A stretch of 64,000 nt of DNA from a virus: positions 1-64,000 of IMG/VR virus record IMGVR_UViG_3300032323_000939. One strand, given 5' to 3'. Shown here in pieces: positions 56,180-64,000 of this stretch. How positions within the stretch are numbered: the stretch's first letter is position 1; each line of letters starts with the position of its first letter. The position numbers and the translations under genes were made by a program. The notes below the pieces were generated by a model. That model was not told where the DNA came from, did not search any database, and was given only the letters and a program-made list of their open reading frames with translations.

Positions 56180-59098
56180 TTAGGCTTTAACTACTACTCT
56201 ATAGGTCTCACCTGATGCAGGAGCAACTGCGAATCCAATTGCAACTCGGTTAACAGTTGATTTTGTAACATCGGTTACTACCTCTTGAGCAGTTGCGATA
56301 TCCCAGACAGTTACAAGAATATCTGTGGTGTTTAAGTTGTGATCGATATTAAAGGATGTTGCAGAGTATGGACTTACTGGAGTAATGGTCTCTGCGTAAG
56401 ATCCAAGTTGACCAGAGATACCTTGAGCACCCTCTGTTCCTTGGGCGCCAGTAGTTCCTTGAGTACCTTCCGTACCTTGGGCTCCAGTTGTACCTTGTAC
56501 ACCAGTAGCACCATCTAGGTTGATAGACCAAACAGCGTATGTTCCAGAACCTCTAACGTCATTGACGTTTACAACGAGTGTGTTAGTTCCTGATGTGTAA
56601 CTGACTACAGTTGCAGACATGTTGTTGTTTACATCGTAAGCAACTACTACATCTTGACCTACTGAGTATGAAAGATTTGGATCAGCCAGTACAAAACTTA
56701 CGTTGTTTGCTACTGCAATTGAACGTGATGTTGTAGAGGTTGTCTTGTAGCGATCAGATAGTCCTTCTGTACCTTGAGCACCCTCTGTACCTTGGACGCC
56801 TTGAGTACCGTTTGTACCCTGAGTTCCTTGTGATCCTTCAGTTCCTTGTGATCCTTCAGTTCCTTGTGATCCTTCAGTTCCTTGGGCACCGACAGTACCT
56901 TGAGTACCTTCAGTTCCTTGAGAACCTAAAGTACCTTGTACGCCTTGTGCAGCAAGTAATGTCCAGAATGTTCCTTCTGAAGGAGTATCTCCAACATTTC
57001 CACCATTAGCATTTTTGCGGTACCAAGTCTGTCCTTGGTAAGTTGCTACATCGCCAACTGCATATGGTAGTCCTGGGTTATAAGCGCCAGTAAAGTTCCA
57101 AAGTGCCGCTGTACCTTGAGTACCTTGCGTTCCTTCAGTACCCTGAGATCCAACTGTTCCCTGGGCTCCTTCAGTACCTTGCGCTCCTTCAGAACCTTGT
57201 ACGCCCTGCGTACCTTGGGTTCCTTGAACTCCCTGTGTACCTTCAACACCCTGTACTCCTTGAGTACCCTGTGTGCCTTGGGCTCCAAGTGTTCCCTGTG
57301 TACCTTGAGAACCAACGGTACCTTGTACACCCTGTGCACCAGTTGTACCTTGAGCACCAGTATCACCCTTGTCACCGACTCGTGCAAAAGTTAAGTAGGT
57401 GTTGTCATTGTTATCAAGTGCTAGTGGTCCCGATACGTATGCAACTGGAACTGTAAAGTAAGCACCAGCATTTTCATTATGAGTTCCAATAATCTGGAAG
57501 AATGCATAGTTAAGAGGATCAGTAATATCTGTTACTTTAATTGTTCCCTTGATGCCTGATGTTGAGTCATCAATAGTTTGAAGGAATGATGTAATGTTAA
57601 CTGCATTTGCATCGATATTATCAATGTAAAGTTCAGTTACAGATGAAAATGTTGTAGAGTCAAACTTGTAGTTACCTGCAGTTGGATCTGTATCTGCGGT
57701 ATTAGTTAGGTAATTGTACTCAAATGTTTCTCCACCAAATGTACCTGTAGCACCTTGTGTACCTTCAGTACCCTGGGTACCTTCTGCACCCTGAGTTCCT
57801 TGAGTACCTTGGGCTCCTTCAGATCCTTGTAGACCTTGAGTACCTTGGGTTCCTTGAGTACCTTGAGCACCGAGAGTTCCTTGTACGCCCTGTGTTCCCT
57901 GTGTACCTTGGACTCCTTGAGTTCCTTCGGTTCCTTGTGTTCCTTGAGCGCCTTCGGTTCCCTGGGCACCTTCAGTTCCTTGTGTACCATCAGTACCTTG
58001 CGTACCTTCTGTACCTTGAGATCCTACTGTGCCTTGAGTACCTTGTGCTCCTTCTACGCCTTGTACACCCTGTGTTCCCTGAGTTCCCTGTGCGCCAAGA
58101 GTTCCTTGTGTTCCCTGTGAACCAACGGTTCCCTGTACGCCCTGGGCTCCTTCAGTACCTTGTGTACCTTGAGCACCAACATCACCTGTACGTGCAAATG
58201 TAAAGAGTAAATCATCTCCATCAGTAAATGTTCCATTACCAGAAACATAAGCAACTTCTACATCAAACCAATTTGGTGCTGTGTCTGTAACACCAGCAAT
58301 TGTGTAAAGTGCAAAAGTAGCGGTATCAAATTTCTTAGATACCTTTACGTGACCCTTGATAGTAGAAGTTGAATCATCAATTGTCTGTAAGAAGTTAGAG
58401 ACGTCATAGTTACCATCAGCAGGATTATCATCTAATGCAATGCGTGTAACTAGAGTTAAATTGGCATTATTTAGACGAGCATTGTTGTCGCCTGGATCTG
58501 CCATTGTAGTAGTGTCATCATAAATATACGCAACTGTGATACCACCAAAGTTACCTTCAGCACCCTGAACACCTTGCGATCCTTCAAGACCTTGAGCACC
58601 AATTGTGCCTTGTGTGCCTTGCGCTCCTTCTGCTCCTTGAGTTCCTTGAGTTCCTTCGGAACCTTGTACGCCTTGCGCTCCTTCAGAACCCTGTACTCCT
58701 TGAGTACCTTCGGTTCCCTGCGTTCCTTCGGTTCCCTGTGTACCGTTAGATCCATCAAGACCCTGAGCACCATCAAGTCCTTGTGCTCCAGCAGTTCCCT
58801 GAGTTCCTTGAGAACCAAGTGTGCCTTGAGTGCCTTGTGAACCTACAGTTCCTTGTACTCCTTGTACTCCTTGTGCACCAGTAGTACCTTGGGTACCCTG
58901 TGCTCCAGTAGTTCCTTGTGCACCAGTGCTGCTATTAATCCATGCAGAGCCGTTCCAAGTGCGTAGAAAACCTAGTACTGTGTCAAAATAGATTTGGCCA
59001 ACAACAGGAGATCCTGGGGCCTCGGCTAAATTTTGTATTCTTGCATTTAGTAATTCTAATTTAGTTAAATCAATCGGGGTTAAAAACTTACGTGCCAT
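56180..59098 (-). CDS. Large collagen-like fibre (972 aa) with repeated globular inserts and CBM5/12-like module
   Basis: GxQ/GxE repeats; two FLQTIDDST domains; Y..GD.ATY.G.TW. Confidence 0.9.
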   Translation of the reverse strand: MARKFLTPIDLTKLELLNARIQNLAEAPGSPVVGQIYFDTVLGFLRTWNGSAWINSSTGAQGTTGAQGTQGTTGAQGVQGVQGTVGSQGTQGTLGSQGTQGTAGAQGLDGAQGLDGSNGTQGTEGTQGTEGTQGVQGSEGAQGVQGSEGTQGTQGAEGAQGTQGTIGAQGLEGSQGVQGAEGNFGGITVAYIYDDTTTMADPGDNNARLNNANLTLVTRIALDDNPADGNYDVSNFLQTIDDSTSTIKGHVKVSKKFDTATFALYTIAGVTDTAPNWFDVEVAYVSGNGTFTDGDDLLFTFARTGDVGAQGTQGTEGAQGVQGTVGSQGTQGTLGAQGTQGTQGVQGVEGAQGTQGTVGSQGTEGTQGTDGTQGTEGAQGTEGAQGTQGTEGTQGVQGTQGTQGVQGTLGAQGTQGTQGTQGLQGSEGAQGTQGTQGAEGTQGTEGTQGATGTFGGETFEYNYLTNTADTDPTAGNYKFDSTTFSSVTELYIDNIDANAVNITSFLQTIDDSTSGIKGTIKVTDITDPLNYAFFQIIGTHNENAGAYFTVPVAYVSGPLALDNNDNTYLTFARVGDKGDTGAQGTTGAQGVQGTVGSQGTQGTLGAQGTQGTQGVQGVEGTQGVQGTQGTQGVQGSEGAQGTEGAQGTVGSQGTEGTQGTQGTAALWNFTGAYNPGLPYAVGDVATYQGQTWYRKNANGGNVGDTPSEGTFWTLLAAQGVQGTLGSQGTEGTQGTVGAQGTEGSQGTEGSQGTEGSQGTQGTNGTQGVQGTEGAQGTEGLSDRYKTTSTTSRSIAVANNVSFVLADPNLSYSVGQDVVVAYDVNNNMSATVVSYTSGTNTLVVNVNDVRGSGTYAVWSINLDGATGVQGTTGAQGTEGTQGTTGAQGTEGAQGISGQLGSYAETITPVSPYSATSFNIDHNLNTTDILVTVWDIATAQEVVTDVTKSTVNRVAIGFAVAPASGETYRVVVKA
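56822..56875. repeat. Perfect 18-nt tandem repeat x3 in collagen gene
   Basis: agttccttgtgatccttc three times (EGSQGT). Confidence 0.9.
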
Positions 59099-59111
59099 TT
59101 ACGTTATCTCC

Positions 59112-59429
59112 TTAAGATAAGTATGCTTTGCCTGAAAAGGCTTGAGAGAACGAGACCGTAAGTGAGTTCAAATTAGTGTACGTTATTTCACCCTCGTAGA
59201 TTGTACCAGCAGAGTCTACAACTGTGACGTTAGGCTTAAAGCCTAAATTATGAGTTATTACCCAGGAGTTACTGACTGCTCCTTGGGTGTGCTCGTAGGC
59301 TAGAACCTGTGGCACAAATGTGGTTCCATCTGTTGTTCCAAAATTTTGCGTACCTGATGGGGTAGTAATAAGAATTACATCATTTACTACAACTGGAACA
59401 GTTGTCCCTGGTCTTACATACTGGCTCAT
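59112..59429 (-). CDS. Small fibre-base/adaptor protein
   Basis: WVITHNLG..P.VTVVD motif, similar to C-terminus of 972-aa fibre. Confidence 0.65.
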   Translation of the reverse strand: MSQYVRPGTTVPVVVNDVILITTPSGTQNFGTTDGTTFVPQVLAYEHTQGAVSNSWVITHNLGFKPNVTVVDSAGTIYEGEITYTNLNSLTVSFSQAFSGKAYLS

Positions 59430-60487
59430 TGGGTTACCTCGCTTGTCGTAAAAATACCTCCAGAAACGTATGTCTTTGTAACTCCATCTGGGCTCGTCAT
59501 TTGTACATCGTAGTAGGACGTTCCAGGAAGTAAACGTGTCTGTTCTTCAGTTAAAGATAATTTTAAGGTACGAAGCCCATCTCCGTCTGCAGAACCTACA
59601 TTTGGTTTTGTAATTGTAAACTCGGTCAGTAGTTGTGCTGCTCCTGGAAGTACACGTATCTGGGCTACTGCCTCGTAATTCGTAATTTCAATATCAAGAA
59701 GAATACTCCACTCAAAGTCATCTCCCTCGTATACATAGAGGTCTTGAACGATGGTAGTTACTGGTGGATCAGTATCCCCATAAGTTGGGATAGGAATGCG
59801 GATTCTATTAGCAACAGTCCTATCATCAATCTCTTTAGGTCTAAAGATTGGTACATAACGATTTGTTGTCTTTGAAATTCTGCGGAAACTAAATACATCA
59901 ATTTTGTATAGACCAATACCAAGTTGAGAACACAACTCTTTGTATTGTTGTTTTCTACTTTCAATCATTTGCATTAGTTGTTGGTAACGCTCAGAGCGTG
60001 GGATAGTCACACCATCTGGAGCAAAGACGTTAATATCAAAAGCAGCATCATTCGCTAGAGTGTATAAAGCCAATGTTGATGCGTACAAAATAACTGGGTA
60101 CTCTTCAAGCGTTGGAAGGTTTTGAATAGAGACGTCTCTACCATAGGCATCTGTGTGATATGCGGAATGTTGTAAAAAGGCCGTGCTTATATACTGTTGT
60201 GTCTCAGTAGTTGTAAAGTATCTAAAGTAGTTACCAGCAACAATTATTGAGTCACCTTCGTCTGGAACCGTATCAAATACAAGATATCCAGTTTGTTCCT
60301 CTACCTCTACATCTGAAGAGACATCATTATTATTTTGATTAATTACTAAGTTTGCACCATCTAGGGGGGAGTATGGAACTAAGAATCTATTTGTAGTTCC
60401 ATCTGCTGTAAATTGATACACAAAGGATTTTGGAATATCACCAAGTTCAGACCGTAATCGATCTGCTAGAGTTGCAATTGTAGCCAC
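59426..60487 (-). CDS. Head-to-tail adaptor with C-terminal Ig/BppU-like domain
   Basis: R.ELGD, DGVTIPRSERY; YEGDDF...LSLT..QT...YDVQ; follows capsid genes. Confidence 0.65.
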   Translation of the reverse strand: MATIATLADRLRSELGDIPKSFVYQFTADGTTNRFLVPYSPLDGANLVINQNNNDVSSDVEVEEQTGYLVFDTVPDEGDSIIVAGNYFRYFTTTETQQYISTAFLQHSAYHTDAYGRDVSIQNLPTLEEYPVILYASTLALYTLANDAAFDINVFAPDGVTIPRSERYQQLMQMIESRKQQYKELCSQLGIGLYKIDVFSFRRISKTTNRYVPIFRPKEIDDRTVANRIRIPIPTYGDTDPPVTTIVQDLYVYEGDDFEWSILLDIEITNYEAVAQIRVLPGAAQLLTEFTITKPNVGSADGDGLRTLKLSLTEEQTRLLPGTSYYDVQMTSPDGVTKTYVSGGIFTTSEVTQ

Positions 60488-60507
60488 AAAACCTCCGTAA
60501 AAGTACG

Positions 60508-60531
60508 GTGATAATCATCTCGTGTTATCAC
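60508..60531. promoter_or_regulatory. Inverted repeat GTGATAA-N10-TTATCAC (candidate operator)
   Basis: Perfect 7-bp arms upstream of adaptor gene. Confidence 0.45.
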
Positions 60532-60550
60532 AATTTAATCAGCGCAAAAT

Positions 60551-60604
60551 AAAAAGGTCCAACCCCCAACTGGGAGGAGGGCGGGAACCAGTTGAGGATC
60601 GGAC
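60551..60604 (-). terminator. Rho-independent terminator, 17-bp stem with C-rich loop
   Basis: GTCCGATCCTCAACTGG/CCAGTTGGGGGTTGGAC (3 G-U) followed by CTTTTT. Confidence 0.85.
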
Positions 60605-60620
60605 TATTTGCGACGGCTGT

Positions 60621-60992
60621 TTAGTTTGGCCGCCAAATGTATCCAAGTTGCTCTAGATAACTGGCAAGACCTGATGGAACACGGTACTTAACACCTTGTT
60701 TAAATGTGTAAGTATTTCCGACCCCGTAAGTCATCTCTTCGATATCGGTAATTGTTCTAATGATTACGTAGTCATTAGCAGTAGAAACTCCGATGTTTTC
60801 AATTTCATCTAGGACTAGAGGAGCATCTGGCTTCTTAGGATCAAAAACATCCTTTTCCAAACTCTCTGCCTCAACCTGATTAGCAATAGAAATTTCTTCT
60901 TTACGCTTTTTTAATGCTTCTGCATTCTTCTTTGATGCTTGTTCCGCTGCACGCCCTGTTGCGTCTAACGGACTTGTCTGTGAATTTGCCAC
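60621..60992 (-). CDS. Head-associated hypothetical protein
   Basis: Follows capsid; SD AGGAG. Confidence 0.7.
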   Translation of the reverse strand: MANSQTSPLDATGRAAEQASKKNAEALKKRKEEISIANQVEAESLEKDVFDPKKPDAPLVLDEIENIGVSTANDYVIIRTITDIEEMTYGVGNTYTFKQGVKYRVPSGLASYLEQLGYIWRPN

Positions 60993-61023
60993 GGTGTTTA
61001 TTCTCCTAAGTTAGTTTGTTGTT

Positions 61024-61064
61024 GATGGCTGTGGGCCAAAGAAGGAGTATGACCCACAGACATC
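61024..61064 (-). other. 15-bp hairpin after capsid stop with TACTCCTTCTT loop
   Basis: GATGtCTGTGGGTCA/TGGCCCACAGcCATC; no U-tract. Confidence 0.7.
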
Positions 61065-61078
61065 GGGTAATGATTGTC

Positions 61079-62206
61079 TTAGTTTGTGTAAACCTTGACG
61101 ATTGCTTGGTCTGTAATTACACCAAGACCCCAGATTGCGTACCATGCAAGAGCATGCTCACGACCGAAGTCAAGAACACCACCATCACGTAGTTCAACTG
61201 GTAGAGAGATTGCGTGACCAAAAGCGTTGTCACCAATCATGATAGATTCGTAAACTTCAGCACCGTTACCAGTTGCTGATGTTAAGTAACCTGCTTCTGC
61301 TGTGAAGTTAGCAGACTCTGGGTTACCACCGCTTCCTGGGGCTGTGTTAGCCTTAACAGGAGCATTCCAATAATCAGTTGGTACACCAACAGATGTTGAA
61401 GTTGTGTAAGAAGCGTTAATTGCTAACTTCTTAACCTGAGTTGTTTCGATGAATACTACGTCGTATAGACGACCGATTTCACCTAGCATGAAGTTACCTG
61501 GAGCAGCGTACTTCGTAACTTCGATGAACTCTGGGTTCGAACGAATATCACGAGATTGCTTTGGATGTACGAATTGTACGTATGTCTCACCTAAGCGAGG
61601 AATGTTCTTTCCTGCAAGAGTAAGAGCAGCATCCTTTACAGCACCAGTTGATAACTTGAAGTTACCATCTAGATCTGAAATTTGTGTTGCTTTTGTACCT
61701 TCGTTGTACCAGTCGTTAACACCTTGTACTGATGAACGGTCATAACCGAACACTGCAGAAGTTGCTGCAGACAGTGTGTTACGTGCTTGTAGATCTAGGT
61801 ATTGCGCCATGTGGCGACCTAGAAGACGTGACGCAGATGCCATAACGTCATCAAATGATGCGTTAAGTAATAGTTCAGAAACTGCTACTGCGTAGCCGTG
61901 CTCTGCAACTGTAATTGCAATCTGCTCTGCTGTTAATGCAGAAGTTGTCATACGAACACCCTCTGTAAGAGGTGTTGGATCGACAGCGAAGTTCTTGTAG
62001 CGTAGGAAGTTAACACGGAGACCAGGTGCTACACCTAGTTCTGTCTTCTTAACTGCAAATTGTTCGAATCGAAGAATTGGCATTGCCTGGAACAAAATTT
62101 CTTTTGACCAGATTGTTTGAATCGCTTGATTCAGGCTTGAGTTCGAGCCTGAGTAAGCGGTTGGGGCGGAAGCGAGTTGCCCTGTACCTGTAATTGCACT
62201 TGCCAT
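61079..62206 (-). CDS. Major capsid protein (N4-gp56-like, HK97 fold)
   Basis: WSKEIL...LTEG...EHG...HPKQ..D...GEIG...FIET...DFGR. Confidence 0.92.
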   Translation of the reverse strand: MASAITGTGQLASAPTAYSGSNSSLNQAIQTIWSKEILFQAMPILRFEQFAVKKTELGVAPGLRVNFLRYKNFAVDPTPLTEGVRMTTSALTAEQIAITVAEHGYAVAVSELLLNASFDDVMASASRLLGRHMAQYLDLQARNTLSAATSAVFGYDRSSVQGVNDWYNEGTKATQISDLDGNFKLSTGAVKDAALTLAGKNIPRLGETYVQFVHPKQSRDIRSNPEFIEVTKYAAPGNFMLGEIGRLYDVVFIETTQVKKLAINASYTTSTSVGVPTDYWNAPVKANTAPGSGGNPESANFTAEAGYLTSATGNGAEVYESIMIGDNAFGHAISLPVELRDGGVLDFGREHALAWYAIWGLGVITDQAIVKVYTN

Positions 62207-62240
62207 TTAGGTCAAGTCCTTTCTTAGTAGTTGTTTGGGA

Positions 62241-63008
62241 TTAACCGAACAGTCCCTGACCACGATTGCTTGCTGCAGTGCCAAGTAACTTGGCTCTTTG
62301 TTTCGCATAGTCCGCCAATGACATTTCCCTGATTGAATCAGGCGTGTACGATTTTTGTTCCGAGTCATTATCGAGGGGTCCTGCGGCAGGATTAGTAATT
62401 CTAGTTCCTGCCATTTGTTGTCTTGCGCTTTGCATCGCTTGTTGAGCGGATGACAAAATTCGAGCAGATTTTTCTTTTAACATTGCGATGCTCTGCTCAA
62501 CCTCATCAGCATTGTTTCCATCAACTAGATCAAGAAGTTCAGGAACAATATTTTCCCGTTCTTGCTCAATACGTTGTTGACGATAATTCATAACTTCTTG
62601 GAACTTACGTTCTTGATCTAGGAGCGCAAAAGCACGTTCTCTTTCAAGACGTTCAGTATCTAATAGAGCCTGAAATTCTTGCTCCTTCTTTAGGAGGAGT
62701 TCTTTAGCAGAAAGTTCAGATTCTTCTTGTTCTTTCTGCAGTGCTGTTTTACGGGCTTCTTCTTCAGCAATACGTTTTTCACGTTCTGCTTCTTTAGTTG
62801 CTTGATCTTCACGAGCCTTCTTCAAAGATGCAAGTTCTTCTTTCATCTTTTCCATCTGTGGGTACAATTTTGCTTTCTCTTGTTCACGAGCCTTAGCAAT
62901 ATCGTCTGCGCTATACACAGAATTTACCTCACTTGTGTTTTCTACTGCTGGAATTGCCGCCAGAATTTCTGGAGACAATAGGTCAGCATTCTCTACGGTA
63001 TTTTCCAT
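62241..63008 (-). CDS. Scaffolding protein
   Basis: Charged coiled coil, MSLADYAKQR C-terminus, between portal and capsid. Confidence 0.85.
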   Translation of the reverse strand: MENTVENADLLSPEILAAIPAVENTSEVNSVYSADDIAKAREQEKAKLYPQMEKMKEELASLKKAREDQATKEAEREKRIAEEEARKTALQKEQEESELSAKELLLKKEQEFQALLDTERLERERAFALLDQERKFQEVMNYRQQRIEQERENIVPELLDLVDGNNADEVEQSIAMLKEKSARILSSAQQAMQSARQQMAGTRITNPAAGPLDNDSEQKSYTPDSIREMSLADYAKQRAKLLGTAASNRGQGLFG

Positions 63009-63138
63009 AGTAATCACCTATTTTTCTTGGGTCGTTGTCCGTATGCCTTTCGGCGTATCACTGGGTTTAGTACAAGACAATTTCATTACAAAATGTGTGA
63101 AATGTCTCGCTATATCTGATTTTTTTATCAGAATTCTT

Positions 63139-64000
63139 TTATCCCTTGTCTACTGTTCTCCTTTGTGGAATCTTTGTTCCATAGGCATCAGTGACAAGTT
63201 TATTTCGGATCTCTGACTCTGCAGATTTTTCAATACCCATTAACTCTTGGTTTTCTGGAGTTGCTGCATTTTCAGGGGTCTCAGGACCAGACATTCCATC
63301 TCCTAAGATATCCCCATCACCCATTGGTTGAGGTTGCATTGGGATAGCACTGCTTCCATCAGGACCAGGCATCATTCCAGTCATATCCATAATTTGTTTT
63401 TGAATTTGAATTTTAACAAGTTGTAGAGCACCATCAGCCTCAGCATCAGCCATAAGTTCTTGACGAATCTCTTGTAGTTTCTCTTCTGGAAACTCTTCTC
63501 CAAGTTGACGTAATGCGCCTTCTTTAGACTCTAATCCCATTCCAAGTTTAGTTTGAATTTCATTTAATACAATTAACTTATCTAATGGGAGAGGTTGTGG
63601 GAACTGTGCGTAGTTTATGTAGGTAATTGGATCATTAGGATCTAGTTGAGTTACTTGGCCATCTTTGATTGGACCATCTTCTTCTGGGTTGTATAAGAAC
63701 GATTCAGGTTCTTTAATAGCAAGAGTCTTTATAACTAACTCATTAATCTTTTCTAAACCTTTTCCATACTGTGCAACTTTTTGTGAATAACGATTCATCA
63801 ATGGCTGGTATTGAATGGACAGCGCCACACCAGATGTGTTTGAAATTGGTTGAACTTGTCCCAGTGCGGTTTCTGGAATGTTCATGATCTCATGCATTGA
63901 GCGCTTTAATAGTTCTAGGTACTTCAAGGCTCCGTCAATACCTTGTGCACCGCCTTCTAAGTTGAAGACTTGAGCATCTTTTGGAAGACCGCCCCAAACC
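63139..64000 (-). CDS. Portal protein, 3' part (SPP1 gp6-like; runs off window)
   Basis: Open frame to window edge; IPETALG...SNTSGVAL.IQY; upstream of scaffold/capsid. Confidence 0.85.
   Translation of the reverse strand, partial: VWGGLPKDAQVFNLEGGAQGIDGALKYLELLKRSMHEIMNIPETALGQVQPISNTSGVALSIQYQPLMNRYSQKVAQYGKGLEKINELVIKTLAIKEPESFLYNPEEDGPIKDGQVTQLDPNDPITYINYAQFPQPLPLDKLIVLNEIQTKLGMGLESKEGALRQLGEEFPEEKLQEIRQELMADAEADGALQLVKIQIQKQIMDMTGMMPGPDGSSAIPMQPQPMGDGDILGDGMSGPETPENAATPENQELMGIEKSAESEIRNKLVTDAYGTKIPQRRTVDKG

Noticed and set aside
46261-59098. Many alternate-frame and antisense ORFs in collagen and Gly-rich genes; repeat arrays as CRISPR
   Set aside because: By-products of 9-nt codon periodicity of Gly-X-Gln repeats
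63040-63060. GCC-GAAA-GGC hairpin in scaffold leader as ribozyme
   Set aside because: Only a short stem; no hammerhead or other ribozyme core recognisable
1-64000. tRNA genes, integrase/prophage boundary, stop-codon recoding
   Set aside because: No cloverleaf seen in the short intergenic gaps; no integrase or host genes; TAA, TAG and TGA all end full-length genes

Overview
A 64-kb internal segment of a tailed dsDNA phage with a contractile tail (myovirus), almost entirely encoded on the minus strand. Reading along the minus strand: portal (partial), scaffold, N4-gp56-type major capsid, head-tail adaptor, and a ~13-kb fibre block. That block holds three Gly-X-Gln collagen-like proteins, two Gly-rich paralogues, a GT2-like enzyme and the only plus-strand operon (beta-propeller glycosidase-like, TPR, SAM methyltransferase, GT25). 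Next come 12 tightly coupled micro-genes (1 acidic, 11 Lys-rich), then neck, sheath, tube, chaperone, tape measure and baseplate genes. The replication/recombination module follows (initiator, DnaC-like, DnaB, primase, SNF2, SSB, PolA, RecA, two resolvases, WhiB, Cas4-like nuclease, dNMP kinase), then SpoVS, a cluster of small proteins, a nucleotidyltransferase/HAD-like/TGT-like trio, and a class II ribonucleotide reductase (partial). WhiB, apparent leaderless TANNNT promoters and an AT-rich composition (judged by eye) suggest a low-GC, probably freshwater, actinobacterial host (inference). Family assignments are from motif recognition only; no searches were run. The best candidates for undescribed systems are: the acidic-plus-basic micropeptide operon; the collagen fibre glycosylation/methylation cassette; the active NTase paired with apparently dead HAD and TGT-like enzymes; an N-terminal LxxxQF tag on small proteins; and hairpins with anti-Shine-Dalgarno loops.
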